NCBI GenBank assembly: GCA_038153405.1 | Contig: JAYOYH010000006.1 | Coordinates: 70,911-134,910 of the forward strand | Reading direction: 5' to 3' | Source: Gemmatimonadota bacterium | GTDB lineage: Bacteria > Latescibacterota > UBA2968 > UBA8231 | Length of the DNA stretch: 64,000 bases | Part shown: in pieces, positions 27,052 through 37,959 of the stretch | Layout of the letters: each line of letters begins with the position of its first letter | Position numbering within the stretch: the first letter of the stretch is position 1 | The notes under the pieces: generated by a model | The model's database searches: none | What the model was told of the DNA's origin: nothing | Seen by the model: only the letters and a program-made list of their open reading frames with translations | Position numbers and translations under genes: made by a program

Positions 27052-29805
27052 ATGTGGCAATACACTCCCTATAATTTGCTGCTGGGTGTTGCGACGCTCC
27101 TTTCGCTGGTCGTTTGCGCCTATGTTTGGCCACGGCGCGCCAGTCGCGGCGGACGTCCGCTGTGCGCGCTCATGTTGGGTGTATCGCTATGGTCGCTGGG
27201 AGCGGCATTGGAAGTGGCGGCCGTGTCACTGGACGCCAAGCTCTTATTCACGAAAGTCCTCTACTTGGGCGTCGTATTGGTGCCGGCGTCTCTCCTCCTA
27301 TTCGTCCTAGAGTTCAGCGGCCGTTCGGTGCGCTGGCGCGACTACAGTTGGCTACTTGTCGAGCCGATCGCTGCGCTGGCTATGGTGTGGTACGATCCGC
27401 TGCATCCATTTTACTGGCAGAGCATCGACCGGATCGAGTCGGCTGGATTCGTCGTATTTGCAATGCGCAGCGGCACCGGATTCTGGATACATGTCCTGTA
27501 TTCTTATGTGCTGATGGCCGCCTCGCTCTTTATTATGGCGCGCACCTACCGGTCCTCAGCAGGCTCGTACCGAAAACAGGCGGGCGTGAGCATTGTAGCG
27601 TTGAGCATTCCTTGGGTGTCCAACGCATTTTATTTGTCCCCATTTAATCCTCTGCCCTTTGTCGATTTGACGCCGCTTTCTTTCGTTTCTACGGGTGCGT
27701 TATTTAGCTGGTCGCTCCTGCGCTTTCGCGTATTTGATCTGACGCCGATCGCCCGCGATTTGCTCATCGACAACATGAGCTACGGCATCTTGGTATTTGA
27801 CGATGAGAAACGCGTAGTCGATGCAAATCCGGCGAGTGGGCACATACTGGGTAGGGACGATGCCCTAATAGGATGCAGTCTCGACCAAGTGGCCTCTGAG
27901 GTCTCAGCGTGGTTAGATGGTCAAGACCTTCAGAGCGGCGATAAGAAGAGGGTTGAGTTAACCCTCGGCGCTTCTGGTCACCCGTGCGAAGTCACGCTGT
28001 TTTCCCTGCATGGCGACAGTGGAGAGCAGCGCGGCTCCATGGTGATGCTACAGGATATCAGCGAGCGCAAGAACAAAGAACGGTTAGACGGTTTGGTGCG
28101 TTCCATGCGCGAGCGCGTATGGAGTATGGAGCGTAGCCAGGACATTGACGAATCGCTGCAATTTGCCTGTTTCTCGCTTCAGTCGCTAGGGGTGCCGGTG
28201 GCCTATTGCACGCTCAATGTCTTCGCAAAAAACGCCGCACCCCTGATCGATGTGCTGCACGCCTTAAACGCAAATAGCAAGGGGTTGTTCGCGCAGATTC
28301 GCAGTGAAGAAGAGGATTCTGTGCGCGCCGATCTATGGAGGTCGGGAAAGAGCTATTACCGGCCTGACCTGCGCGCAGACGATCCGCTCGGAGAACGCCA
28401 AATGCTGGCCGAACAGTGTGGGGAAGAAATTCGTTCGGTTATTGACATGCCGTTTTCGCACGGCATGTTGACTATGTGTAGCACCCAAGAGGATGCGTTT
28501 CCCGATCGCGTTGCCGAGACAGTGCAGTTGATGGTCGGCCTGCTATCGGAGTCGTTCCATCGCTTGGACGACATCCGCGCTAGCGAACTGCACCTACAAG
28601 AGCTCAGTCGGGAAGTAGAAGAGCACCGTCGAACAGAAGAGCAACTGCGCGTTGCCAGAGATAGAGCGGAGTCGGCTTCAGAAGTAAAGAGTGCATTTTT
28701 GGCGAATATGAGCCACGAAATTCGCACGCCGATGAGCGCTGTATTAGGCATGACGGAGATCCTATTGGATACCGAGTTGAAAGAGAGCCAGCGCACGCAG
28801 CTAAGAGTGATATATAACTCGGCGGACAGCCTGCTAAAATTGCTCAACGACGTGTTGGATTTTTCGCGTGCCGAGCGCAAGGCTCTGGAGCTAGAATACG
28901 CGCCGTTTTCGCTCCGCGAGTGCGTGCGTTTTGCGGTAGAAACAGTGCAGAATCTCGCCGAAGTAAAGGCCCTGCAGCTGAATTGGAGCGTGGATGCGGC
29001 CGTGGCCGATTGCTATGCAGGCGACGTTGGCCGCATGCGTCAAGTGCTGATCAACCTGTTGGGCAACGCGATAAAATTCACGCGCGCGGGTTCGGTGCGC
29101 GTAGAAGTCGATCTGGCCGCATCGAGTGCGGAGGGCGATTTGCTGCGCATCGCGGTCGCAGATACGGGTATTGGCATTGCCGAGGATGCACAGTCTCGCA
29201 TTTTTGACGTCTTCACCCAGGCGGATCCATCGACGACGCGCGAGTTTGGCGGCACGGGACTAGGTTTGTCTATTTGCCGCCAGATCGCGGGGTTGATGAA
29301 CGGCGAGATATGGGTAGAGAGTGAGGTGGGGGTAGGCAGTACCTTCTTCTTTACTGCGGCACTTGATCGAGAGGATGCCGCGCATCGTCGGCTGGACAAA
29401 GATAAAAGCGATTCGCATAGTGATCTGCCGAAGAAATCGTGCAGAGTGCTGCTGGTAGAAGACACGCTGATAAATCAGAAGATCGTTCAGACCATACTGG
29501 ATAAGCGCGGCCATGAGGTTGTCGTTGCCAACAGCGGATTGGCGGCGCTGGAGATACTGGATGAGGACCGCGCATTCGACATGGTATTGATGGATTTGCA
29601 GATGCCCGAAATGGGGGGTATTGAGACGACTCAACTCATTCGGCAGCGCGAGCGCGCGCAGCAGGTGGCGCCGCTAAAAATTGCCGCGCTTACGGGCAAT
29701 GTGACGGACGAAGCTCGCCAGGCGAGCCAAGATGTGGGCATGAACTATTTTTTGACCAAGCCCTTTCGTCGAAATGAATTGCTAAAACTCGTCGAGGGGT
29801 CCTAA
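27052..29805 (+). CDS. Hybrid histidine kinase with N-terminal 7TM (HisKA_7TM), PAS and receiver
   Basis: Hydrophobic N-terminus ending FRVFDLTPIARD; FLANMSHEIRTPM; NLLGNAIKFT; GGTGLGL; VLMDLQMPEMGG. Confidence 0.92.
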   Translation: MWQYTPYNLLLGVATLLSLVVCAYVWPRRASRGGRPLCALMLGVSLWSLGAALEVAAVSLDAKLLFTKVLYLGVVLVPASLLLFVLEFSGRSVRWRDYSWLLVEPIAALAMVWYDPLHPFYWQSIDRIESAGFVVFAMRSGTGFWIHVLYSYVLMAASLFIMARTYRSSAGSYRKQAGVSIVALSIPWVSNAFYLSPFNPLPFVDLTPLSFVSTGALFSWSLLRFRVFDLTPIARDLLIDNMSYGILVFDDEKRVVDANPASGHILGRDDALIGCSLDQVASEVSAWLDGQDLQSGDKKRVELTLGASGHPCEVTLFSLHGDSGEQRGSMVMLQDISERKNKERLDGLVRSMRERVWSMERSQDIDESLQFACFSLQSLGVPVAYCTLNVFAKNAAPLIDVLHALNANSKGLFAQIRSEEEDSVRADLWRSGKSYYRPDLRADDPLGERQMLAEQCGEEIRSVIDMPFSHGMLTMCSTQEDAFPDRVAETVQLMVGLLSESFHRLDDIRASELHLQELSREVEEHRRTEEQLRVARDRAESASEVKSAFLANMSHEIRTPMSAVLGMTEILLDTELKESQRTQLRVIYNSADSLLKLLNDVLDFSRAERKALELEYAPFSLRECVRFAVETVQNLAEVKALQLNWSVDAAVADCYAGDVGRMRQVLINLLGNAIKFTRAGSVRVEVDLAASSAEGDLLRIAVADTGIGIAEDAQSRIFDVFTQADPSTTREFGGTGLGLSICRQIAGLMNGEIWVESEVGVGSTFFFTAALDREDAAHRRLDKDKSDSHSDLPKKSCRVLLVEDTLINQKIVQTILDKRGHEVVVANSGLAALEILDEDRAFDMVLMDLQMPEMGGIETTQLIRQRERAQQVAPLKIAALTGNVTDEARQASQDVGMNYFLTKPFRRNELLKLVEGS

Positions 29806-29866
29806 GTGCCGCGGCGATGTGGCAATCGCCAATACCTGCTCGAATACCACCTCATCACCGACATAT

Positions 29867-32074
29867 ATGCGCACGGTTCACTTTCGTCTTCACATCGACT
29901 CGCCTCTTCCGGATGACCTCGGGTTAATACCTTTTGCCCCGCGCATCGATTTGGCCGACGTTGCGCGCAGCATCAATGCCAGTGGGTTCGTGGATATCGA
30001 CTCCGTTGAAATCGTCAACCTGACGACTGGACAGCGCGTGGAATACGCACGCGGTGAGGAGTTTGCCCACGGCGCAGTCGGCCGCTTCGAGTGGCCTATC
30101 GCAGATTCTCAGCACAGAAGCTACCTCGTTTCCTTTCGCATGCGTCCCCAGCGCAGCCGACTGCATCCCCAGGTATACGTGCCGATGGTGGGAACGGGAG
30201 ACGTGTTGCGCTATAACGCCGGATGCCCGCGTCCGCTGACCCTTGGCGGCTCGATGCAGTTGGCCGATTGGAGTGGAGAGGGGCGCGTCGATCTGCTCGG
30301 CTGCTGGAACTACTACCGCCGTCCGGGGGAGCCCGTTAGTGGCCTGGTGTGCTATCCGCGCTGTGCGGACGATCTGTGCTTTGGCGATATGGTGCGCCTG
30401 CGCTACCGCGATGCGGACGGGAGTGCGCTACAGCACTTTGCCGGCGTCTACCAATGCGCCGATTTTGCCGATATAGATGGCGATGGTCGCATCGATATTA
30501 TCTTTGCTGAACGAGGTTCGGGCCGCGTCGAGTTTTTCTTGCAGTCGCACGAGCGCGACGGCGGCGACTGGCCCATTTTTCGGCGTGGCCCCTCTATTGA
30601 AGTGCCCTTCGCCGATATTGTCGACGTGCAGTGGACCGATGTCGATGGCGATGGCGTGCCCGACCTAGTCGTCAACGGCCACTGGATGCGCAACGAAAAC
30701 CCAGAGGGCTGGCCCTTTGTTGCTTCTCAACCCATCGATCTTGGTGCGGGCGAACGCGTGGCATTCTTTGCGTGCGAAGGCAACGTCGAAATGCTATCGC
30801 TCGAGGTCGGTCCGTGGCGCTTTGCGCGCTCGCTGCGCTGGCATCGTGCGCTTGGCTCCGGTGCCTTTGCCGATGGAGAGGTGCTCGATTTACTTGCACC
30901 AGAGGAGTGCTGCACTCAGCTGCGCTTTGTCAAAGACGGACAACGCAACGGCTTATTAGTTCAGGGCAATGTCTATCAGGACCTGCGCTTTTACGCGTAT
31001 GAGGGCGCGTTGGGGGGGCGGCCGCGCTTTGCCGCGGCCGAGCGTTTGCAGTCGCCGTCGGCGGTGCTTTCCTGGAGCGACCAAGCGTGGCCGTGCCTGT
31101 GCGATTGGAACGGCGATGGCGTGTATGATCTGCTCGTCGGCGGTGGCTACGGCTGGCCGCGCATTGCCCTAAACGTCGGCACCAATGCGCGGCCCGTTTG
31201 GCAAGAGCCGGGGCTGATCCATGCCGAAGGCGGGCCGATACGCATTCTGCGCGACGAGGTGTTGGGTGGAGAACATTGGCACAATATGGGTTACCCCTAT
31301 CCGGTTTGGATCGACTGGAACGGCGACGGACTGCCGGACTTAATGCTGCCCAACGAGACCAATCGCATCGCTTGGTATGCAAACATCGGCACTCGACAGG
31401 CGCCGCGCTTTGCCGCGCGCCAGTTTATCGAAGTGGAGGGTTTTGCCGATTCGCCGCTACTGCGCGCGGCATCGGGACGAGACGGGTGCGATCCGTCGTT
31501 GGCCAACCATCCCTATCCCCGCGATGGGCGCTCGCCCTTCTTTTGGCGCACGGGAGCGGCTTTTGCCGATTGGAATGGCGATGGTCTGATGGATTTTATC
31601 ACGCACGATGCCGAGCGCAAAGCGGTCCTCTTTGTGCAGTACCGCGATGCGGGCGGCGCACTGCGCGTGCGCCGAGAGGGGCCGGTGCTGTTGCAAGATG
31701 GACGCGTGTTATGCGATGAGATAGTCGGCCGCCAAAAACGCTGGACCGAGTCCTTTCGCGCCGTAGACTGGGACGGCAACGGCCTGAGCGATTTGATCTA
31801 CAGCTTGGCCGGCACGGGTGAAGTATATTTAGTGCGCAATGTGGGATCGCGCGAGAAACCGGTCTTTGCCCAGCCGCAGCAAATGTGCTGCTACGGCGAT
31901 CCGCTGGCCTTTACTATCCACGGCCCCAACGCGTGGCCTGGTGACGTCAATGGCGATGGCAAACCAGACCTCATCGGCTGCGTCGAGTGGAGCGTTTACC
32001 CGTTTTTTGCCCATGCCGCTCTGCAGATGAGCGACCACCCCGCGTGGCACATCGAACAAGTACAAGCGGTCTGA
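29867..32074 (+). CDS. FG-GAP/VCBS repeat beta-propeller protein
   Basis: Repeated D(W/I/V)(N/D)GDGxxDL motifs (DIDGDGRIDI, DWNGDGLPDL, DVNGDGKPDL); start uncertain. Confidence 0.8.
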   Translation: MRTVHFRLHIDSPLPDDLGLIPFAPRIDLADVARSINASGFVDIDSVEIVNLTTGQRVEYARGEEFAHGAVGRFEWPIADSQHRSYLVSFRMRPQRSRLHPQVYVPMVGTGDVLRYNAGCPRPLTLGGSMQLADWSGEGRVDLLGCWNYYRRPGEPVSGLVCYPRCADDLCFGDMVRLRYRDADGSALQHFAGVYQCADFADIDGDGRIDIIFAERGSGRVEFFLQSHERDGGDWPIFRRGPSIEVPFADIVDVQWTDVDGDGVPDLVVNGHWMRNENPEGWPFVASQPIDLGAGERVAFFACEGNVEMLSLEVGPWRFARSLRWHRALGSGAFADGEVLDLLAPEECCTQLRFVKDGQRNGLLVQGNVYQDLRFYAYEGALGGRPRFAAAERLQSPSAVLSWSDQAWPCLCDWNGDGVYDLLVGGGYGWPRIALNVGTNARPVWQEPGLIHAEGGPIRILRDEVLGGEHWHNMGYPYPVWIDWNGDGLPDLMLPNETNRIAWYANIGTRQAPRFAARQFIEVEGFADSPLLRAASGRDGCDPSLANHPYPRDGRSPFFWRTGAAFADWNGDGLMDFITHDAERKAVLFVQYRDAGGALRVRREGPVLLQDGRVLCDEIVGRQKRWTESFRAVDWDGNGLSDLIYSLAGTGEVYLVRNVGSREKPVFAQPQQMCCYGDPLAFTIHGPNAWPGDVNGDGKPDLIGCVEWSVYPFFAHAALQMSDHPAWHIEQVQAV

Positions 32075-32105
32075 GAGCCGGTCTCGTACCGGCTTTCACT
32101 GTGAC

Positions 32106-32432
32106 TCATAGGTCTTCCATGAGCACCGGAACACCGGTGTTGGGAATGACCTGCACGCAGCGGTCATCCCATAGCTCGATCATGGCAAAATCTTTGACGC
32201 AGGTAATTTCCAGCGCGCCGACATCGTGCTTGCGCAGCCACGCCGCAACGGGGGGGATATAGGCTGGCACAGAGGCGCGCGCGGTGAATAGTTTGACCTG
32301 CTTGCCCTCGGCCAGCCAGGCGCGCACGCGATCCAACATGGCCGGGATGGGATCGCCGATGTAGTCGGGACCGCGCCAGCCATCGTAATGTGCTAGGGTG
32401 CCGTCTAAATCTACGCCGATCCATCCGCTCAT
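32106..32432 (-). CDS. Small HAD-superfamily (capless) phosphatase-like protein
   Basis: WIGVDLDGTL motif I, LFTAR motif II, K..LWDDR; GGAGG RBS. Confidence 0.8.
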   Translation of the reverse strand: MSGWIGVDLDGTLAHYDGWRGPDYIGDPIPAMLDRVRAWLAEGKQVKLFTARASVPAYIPPVAAWLRKHDVGALEITCVKDFAMIELWDDRCVQVIPNTGVPVLMEDL

Positions 32433-32751
32433 AGGGTGTCCTCCAAAATGACTGCCTTGGTGTGTGTCGAACTGTTTTTTCGTCCAAAAGATTGGCTATA
32501 TCGCACGCTCCCCGTGCTCGCCGTCGCGCAACGTGGCCGGCTAAGACTGCGCCCAAAGATCGAACGGACGAGTTGGGCACGGACAAAGCTAAGCGATAAG
32601 CCGCTGTTCGGCCATGCGCCGTTTAGGGCGGTCTCGCGCGTCCGACGCGCTGCGGAGTCGAACGCACGCGTTCGTTGTCTACGGGCGCTGCTTTGGCTAT
32701 ATTCAGTGCATACAAACCCCGCTCGTGTTAACGCTATACACCCCCTCGTTG

Positions 32752-34017
32752 ATGGTTGCCATTTCCGAACTACCAGATTCCCTTTTGCGTATTGCAAGGC
32801 TACTGTCGGTGGCGCTTTTGCTCGGTTGTGCAGAAGATGCACCACCCGCGCAGCCGAGTAAAAGCGCCGCGCCGATGGAACGAGTGCTCTCAGACGAAGA
32901 GCGCGGCGATCAGTTGGTGCGCGCCGGGCGCTACGGCGAAGCTGTACAGGCCTATCGCCGCGCGTCGCGCGAGTTGAGCGCAACGGCTGAACTGTATCGG
33001 AAGCTAGCCCAAGCACACGCGCTGAATCAGGAACTGCCCGCTGCGGTGCGCGTCTACGAGCAGGCCATAGACCGGCAGGCCGATTTTGCCAAAGCGCGCA
33101 CGGAGCTAGCCGTGCTGCTCACCCGCCTCGACCGACCGGCCGATGCGTTGGAACAGCTCGAGCGCGCCGTGCGCGATCGCCCAGATTACGCGTGGGCTCA
33201 TATGGTGCTGGGTCTGATGCGCTTTCGTCAGGGCGACTACGAGGCGGCCATCGCCGCGCAGCGCCGCGCGATTGCAGCCGTGCCCGACTACGCCGAGGCG
33301 TGGTTTAACCTCGGCGAGGTATATCTCAAGCAGAACGCCTACGCCGAGGCCGAGGAGGCGTTCCGTCGGGCGGTGGCATCCGACTCGACAGCGGCGCGCT
33401 TTCACAACGGACTGGGCCGCAGCTATTACCAGCGCCGCGACTACGCGACAGCGGCGCTGGCGTTTGAACGCGCGGTGCAGCTCGACTCGCTCTTCGCGCG
33501 CGCGCGCTTTAACCTGGGCAACAGCCGGCTGCGCATGGGAGATAAGGACGAGGGCCGGCGCCAACTGGCCCTCTACAGGGCGCTAGAAGAACAGGAGAAC
33601 CGCATTTCAATTTTGCTCAATACGCTAATGACCTATCCAGACAGCGCGACGGTGTACCACGACTTGGCAATTATGTATAGTCAGCGCGGGCAGTGGGCCG
33701 AGGCACATGCGCGATACCTACAGGCCATCGCACGCGATGCGTCCTTTGCGCCGTCGTATCACAACTTGGGTAATCTATACATGCGCAACGGTGCGTTGGA
33801 CCAGGCCGAGCGCCTGTTCCAACAAGCGCTGCGCGCCGATTCTACTTATGTGCTCGCTCATCTGGCGCTGGGCAATGCGCAGATGCTGCAAAAGCGCTTT
33901 GACCGCGCAATGGCTAGCTTTCGCAGCGGTCTGCGCTACGATCCGCAAAACGCTACGCTGCGGCGCAACTTAGCGGTTGCACAGGACATTGCCGCGCAGG
34001 CGCGGGGGGAGCGATGA
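32752..34017 (+). CDS. Tetratricopeptide repeat lipoprotein
   Basis: Lipobox-like LLLGC; about 10 TPR units (AEAWFNLGEVY, SYHNLGNLY); start uncertain. Confidence 0.85.
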   Translation: MVAISELPDSLLRIARLLSVALLLGCAEDAPPAQPSKSAAPMERVLSDEERGDQLVRAGRYGEAVQAYRRASRELSATAELYRKLAQAHALNQELPAAVRVYEQAIDRQADFAKARTELAVLLTRLDRPADALEQLERAVRDRPDYAWAHMVLGLMRFRQGDYEAAIAAQRRAIAAVPDYAEAWFNLGEVYLKQNAYAEAEEAFRRAVASDSTAARFHNGLGRSYYQRRDYATAALAFERAVQLDSLFARARFNLGNSRLRMGDKDEGRRQLALYRALEEQENRISILLNTLMTYPDSATVYHDLAIMYSQRGQWAEAHARYLQAIARDASFAPSYHNLGNLYMRNGALDQAERLFQQALRADSTYVLAHLALGNAQMLQKRFDRAMASFRSGLRYDPQNATLRRNLAVAQDIAAQARGER

Positions 34018-35669
34018 CGACTATGGTGACTTCGGTAAGATGTTGGTCGATTTGTTTAGTGCTCTCCCTCGGTGCCCTGCCGCTGCGCGCGCAGCAACCG
34101 CAATTTGTCGATGTGACGCAGGAGGCTGGAATCGACTTCCACTATGTCAACGGTGCCAGTGGGAGCAAATACATGGCCGAAGCCGTCGGTTCGGGTGCGG
34201 CCTTTTTTGACGCGGACGGCGACGGTTTGCTTGATCTCTACGTAGTAAACGGCGCGGCGCTGCCGGGGTATACTGGTCCCACCGGCCCTAATCGGCACTA
34301 TCGCAATCGCGGCGACGGCACTTTTGTCGACGACACGGCGCGCGCGCGGATTGGCGACGAGGGCTTTGGCATGGGTGCTGCTGTGGGTGACTACGACAAC
34401 GACGGCGACCCAGACCTGTACTTGGCTAACTACGGCGCCAACGTATTGTACGACAACGACGGCAGCGGGGTCTTTGCCGACATAACGGAGCAAACGAATA
34501 CGGGCGATGCGGGGTGGGGCACGCATCCGGCGTTTGTCGACTACGACAACGACGGCGATGTCGATCTCTACGTCGCTAACTACATGCTGTTCGATCCGGC
34601 TGATAATAAGGGCTGTTTTGCTGGCGAAGCGCCGATCTACTGCGGACCCAACACCTATCCGGGACAGTCGGGCGTGCTGTATCGCAACGACGGCGCACGC
34701 ACCTTTGTCGACGTGACGCAGAGCGCGGGTTTAGACGACGATAGCGGTAGGCAACTGGCCGCTGTGTTCGGCGACTACGACGGCGATGGCGATGCCGATT
34801 TATTCGTGGCCAACGACAAGCGTCCCAACTTCCTCTTTGTCAATCAGGGCGACGGCACCTTTGTCGAGGAGGGCGCCATTGCTGGGGTGGCTTACAACGA
34901 AGAGGGGCTGGCCGAATCGGCGATGGGAGCCGATTGGGGCGACTACGACAACGACGGTTTGCTCGACATTGTCGTAGCTACGTTTCAATGGCTGCCCAAT
35001 ACGCTCTACCGCAACGACGGCGATGGATTTTTTACCGATGTGACTTTTGCCGCTAATTTGGGTATTGCCAGCGTGCCGTTTCTCGGTATGACGGCGTCTT
35101 TTATCGACTATGATAACGATGGGTTCTTGGATGTATTCGTCAGCAATGGGCACCTCGACGAGAATGTCAGAGACTATGATCCGGCGACTACCTATGCGCA
35201 GTCTAACCAACTGTTTCACAACGACGGTCGGGGTGCGTTTGTCGACGTGAGCGCCACTAGCGGGGCCGGAATGCGCGTGGCCCGCGTCAGCCACGGCGCG
35301 ATCATGGGGGATTACGACGACGACGGCGATGTCGATATCTTCGTGTCCGATTCAGACGGCCCATCGACGCTGTTGCGCAACGATGGCGGCAATGCAAATC
35401 GCTATGTGAAGGTCCATGTCATCGGCACAGAGAGCAATCGCGAAGGCATTGGCGCACGCGTGCGCGCCGTATCCGGTTCGCTGGTACAGACGCGGGAAAT
35501 TCGCCGCAGCTACGGTTATATGGGTTCGAATGCCGTGCAGTTGACGCTGGGCCTGGGACAGAATGCTGCGGTTGACACGTTGGAGGTGCGCTGGCCCAGC
35601 GGTCTGGTGCAGACGCTGCTCGACGTGCCGGCTAACCAGACCATCGTAGTCAAAGAGGGCGCGCGTTGA
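34014..35669 (+). CDS. CRTAC1-family FG-GAP protein with C-terminal ASPIC/UnbV domain
   Basis: Signal peptide; repeated DYDNDGxxDL and LYRNxGDGTF; SNREGIGARV..LGLG..LEVRWPSG. Confidence 0.9.
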   Translation: MTTMVTSVRCWSICLVLSLGALPLRAQQPQFVDVTQEAGIDFHYVNGASGSKYMAEAVGSGAAFFDADGDGLLDLYVVNGAALPGYTGPTGPNRHYRNRGDGTFVDDTARARIGDEGFGMGAAVGDYDNDGDPDLYLANYGANVLYDNDGSGVFADITEQTNTGDAGWGTHPAFVDYDNDGDVDLYVANYMLFDPADNKGCFAGEAPIYCGPNTYPGQSGVLYRNDGARTFVDVTQSAGLDDDSGRQLAAVFGDYDGDGDADLFVANDKRPNFLFVNQGDGTFVEEGAIAGVAYNEEGLAESAMGADWGDYDNDGLLDIVVATFQWLPNTLYRNDGDGFFTDVTFAANLGIASVPFLGMTASFIDYDNDGFLDVFVSNGHLDENVRDYDPATTYAQSNQLFHNDGRGAFVDVSATSGAGMRVARVSHGAIMGDYDDDGDVDIFVSDSDGPSTLLRNDGGNANRYVKVHVIGTESNREGIGARVRAVSGSLVQTREIRRSYGYMGSNAVQLTLGLGQNAAVDTLEVRWPSGLVQTLLDVPANQTIVVKEGAR

Positions 35670-37900
35670 AGCGCTGGTTGCGCCGTTGCAGATCCGATTG
35701 CACCGGAACGTGCGCTGCGCTACTTGTCGCATTGGCCGCGCGCGCGTTGGCCGACGACGTTGCTGCGCCAGCAGACGCCGGTTCGCAGTGGATGGTCGAC
35801 TATTTGCAACGAATTGCGCGCACGACGGATCCGGTTGTAGATATTTATATGAATCGCGCGCGCGCAGCGGGTATCAGCACGCTGTTGGGGCAGCCGATCA
35901 GCCCGATGAAGGAGCTGCAGCTGCGCGTTAAAATCGCCCAGGAACGGCTGCGCGGCGGGCAGACGCGCGCGGCCATAGAAATGTACCAGCAGGTATGGGA
36001 CCAGATTGAAGAGCGCAGGTTGCCCGTGAAAGAAGACGTGCTGTGGATGCTGCGCGATAGGTTGGCCATAGCGAATCTGCGGCTGGCAGAGCCTGGGCGC
36101 CCCGCCGAAACGGAAGGCGTGCCGCCGCACAGCTGGATCTTTCCGATGCGGGACCACGTGCCGACCTATGCCGAGGGAGCGCGCAGGGCGGTCGAGTACT
36201 ACGAGCAGAATCTGGAAAGTAAACCCGATGATTTGGCGACGCGTTGGTTGCTCAATATCGCCTACATGGCGCTGGGCGAGTACCCGCAGGGCGTGCCGCT
36301 GGCCCATGTACTCGAGCCTACGGTATTTGCCGATACCTTCGCCATGGGCCGCTTTGCCGACGTGGCCCCGGCAGCCGGTGTGGCGCTGGTCGGTCATGCT
36401 GGCGGCAGCGTTATGGAAGATCTGGACGGCGACGGTCTGCTCGATATCGCCGCATCGTCGCGCGGCTTGCTCGACCAACTGCGCTTTTATCGCAACGAGG
36501 GCGATGGCACGTTTGCCGACTGGACGCAGCGGGCGGGACTCGTCGGTCTGTATGGCGGTCTCAATATGACACATGCCGACTACGACAACGACGGCGATCG
36601 CGATTTGCTAGTGCTGCGCGGCGCTTGGCGCGGAGAGGCGGGATTGCATCCCAATTCGCTGCTGCAAAACGACGGCAGTGGGTGTTTTACCGACGTGACG
36701 CGCGCCGCGGGACTCTTTGCCCTACACCCGACCCACTCGGCCGCTTTTGGCGACTACGATGCAGACGGCTTGCTCGACCTATACGTGGGCAATGAATCGA
36801 GCCCGTCGCCCAACCCCGCCCATCCCAATCAGCTCTATCGCAACGGCGGCGATGGGACCTTTGTCGACGTCGCACCCGCAGAGGGCGTCGATCGCGTTGG
36901 ATTTGCCAAGGGGATTGCCTGGGGCGATTACGACAACGACGGTCAGATCGATCTATACATATCGCATCTGAACGGCGCTAATGCGCTCTATCACAACGGA
37001 GGCGGGCAAGCCCAGGGTCCGCGCTTTCGCGACGTCGCGCAGAGTGCGGGCGTGGCCGATCCCCACATTAGCTTTCCCACCTGGTTTTGGGACTACGATA
37101 ACGACGGATGGCAGGACCTGCTGGTTGCTGGCTTTGATATGGCCGACCTGTCGGATATGGCGGCCGTGCACGTAGGACTACCCTTTGCCGCCGCGCACGT
37201 TCATCTCTATCGAAACAGAGGGGATGGCACCTTTGCCGATGTCTCTGAGAAGCAGCATCTCGATCGAGTTGTGCTGTCGATGGGGGCCAACTTCGGTGAT
37301 ATCGACAACGACGGCTATCCAGACGCCTACTTTGGAACGGGGATGCCCGATCTGCGCGCGCTCTTGCCCAACCGCATGCTGCGCAACGGCGAGGGCCAGG
37401 GTTTTGAAGACGTCACGGTTGGCGGCGGGTTCGGCTCTCTGCACAAAGGGCACGGGATTTCCTTCGGCGACGTGGATAACGACGGCGATCAGGATATATA
37501 TCAGGTGCTGGGTGCGGCCTTCGAAGGCGATGTCGCGCCCAATGTGCTCTATGAAAACCCGGGCAATGGAAACGGCTGGCTGACGCTCTTTGTCGAGGGG
37601 GTCCACGCCAATCGGGACGCCCTCGGCGCGCGCGTGCGCGCGCGCGTGCGGAATGCGGCCGGCGCGGAGCGTGATCTGTTTGCCACCGTGGGCACGGGAG
37701 GCAGCTTTGGCTCTTCGTCACTTCGCCTCGAAATGGGACTAGGCGATGCTGCGGAGATCCTTTTTATCGAAGTGCGCTGGCCTAGTCATACCGAGGTGCA
37801 GCGCTTTGTGGGATTGACGCTCAACGGGGCCTACCGCTTGGTTGAAGGCGCGTCGTCGGCGCGACCAGTGGAGCAGTACGCTTACGATATGTCGCCGTGA
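35666..37900 (+). CDS. CRTAC1-family FG-GAP/ASPIC-UnbV protein with helical N-terminal extension
   Basis: DYDNDG repeats; ANRDALGARV..EMGLG..IEVRWPS; N-terminal TPR-like TRWLLNIAYMALGEYP. Confidence 0.88.
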   Translation: MKRWLRRCRSDCTGTCAALLVALAARALADDVAAPADAGSQWMVDYLQRIARTTDPVVDIYMNRARAAGISTLLGQPISPMKELQLRVKIAQERLRGGQTRAAIEMYQQVWDQIEERRLPVKEDVLWMLRDRLAIANLRLAEPGRPAETEGVPPHSWIFPMRDHVPTYAEGARRAVEYYEQNLESKPDDLATRWLLNIAYMALGEYPQGVPLAHVLEPTVFADTFAMGRFADVAPAAGVALVGHAGGSVMEDLDGDGLLDIAASSRGLLDQLRFYRNEGDGTFADWTQRAGLVGLYGGLNMTHADYDNDGDRDLLVLRGAWRGEAGLHPNSLLQNDGSGCFTDVTRAAGLFALHPTHSAAFGDYDADGLLDLYVGNESSPSPNPAHPNQLYRNGGDGTFVDVAPAEGVDRVGFAKGIAWGDYDNDGQIDLYISHLNGANALYHNGGGQAQGPRFRDVAQSAGVADPHISFPTWFWDYDNDGWQDLLVAGFDMADLSDMAAVHVGLPFAAAHVHLYRNRGDGTFADVSEKQHLDRVVLSMGANFGDIDNDGYPDAYFGTGMPDLRALLPNRMLRNGEGQGFEDVTVGGGFGSLHKGHGISFGDVDNDGDQDIYQVLGAAFEGDVAPNVLYENPGNGNGWLTLFVEGVHANRDALGARVRARVRNAAGAERDLFATVGTGGSFGSSSLRLEMGLGDAAEILFIEVRWPSHTEVQRFVGLTLNGAYRLVEGASSARPVEQYAYDMSP

Positions 37901-37959
37901 CGAGGGGGTTACTCGTCTGTCGTGCGACAAATTACGCACACCATCAGAGAATGAGGTCT

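Noticed and set aside
32106..32432. Prophage remnant suggested by the small HAD protein
   Set aside because: No integrase, structural or other phage genes nearby.
34014..37900. Repeated GACTACGACAACGACGG sequences as a CRISPR array or DNA repeat element
   Set aside because: They encode the DYDNDG FG-GAP repeats within ORFs and are irregularly spaced; no cas genes are present.
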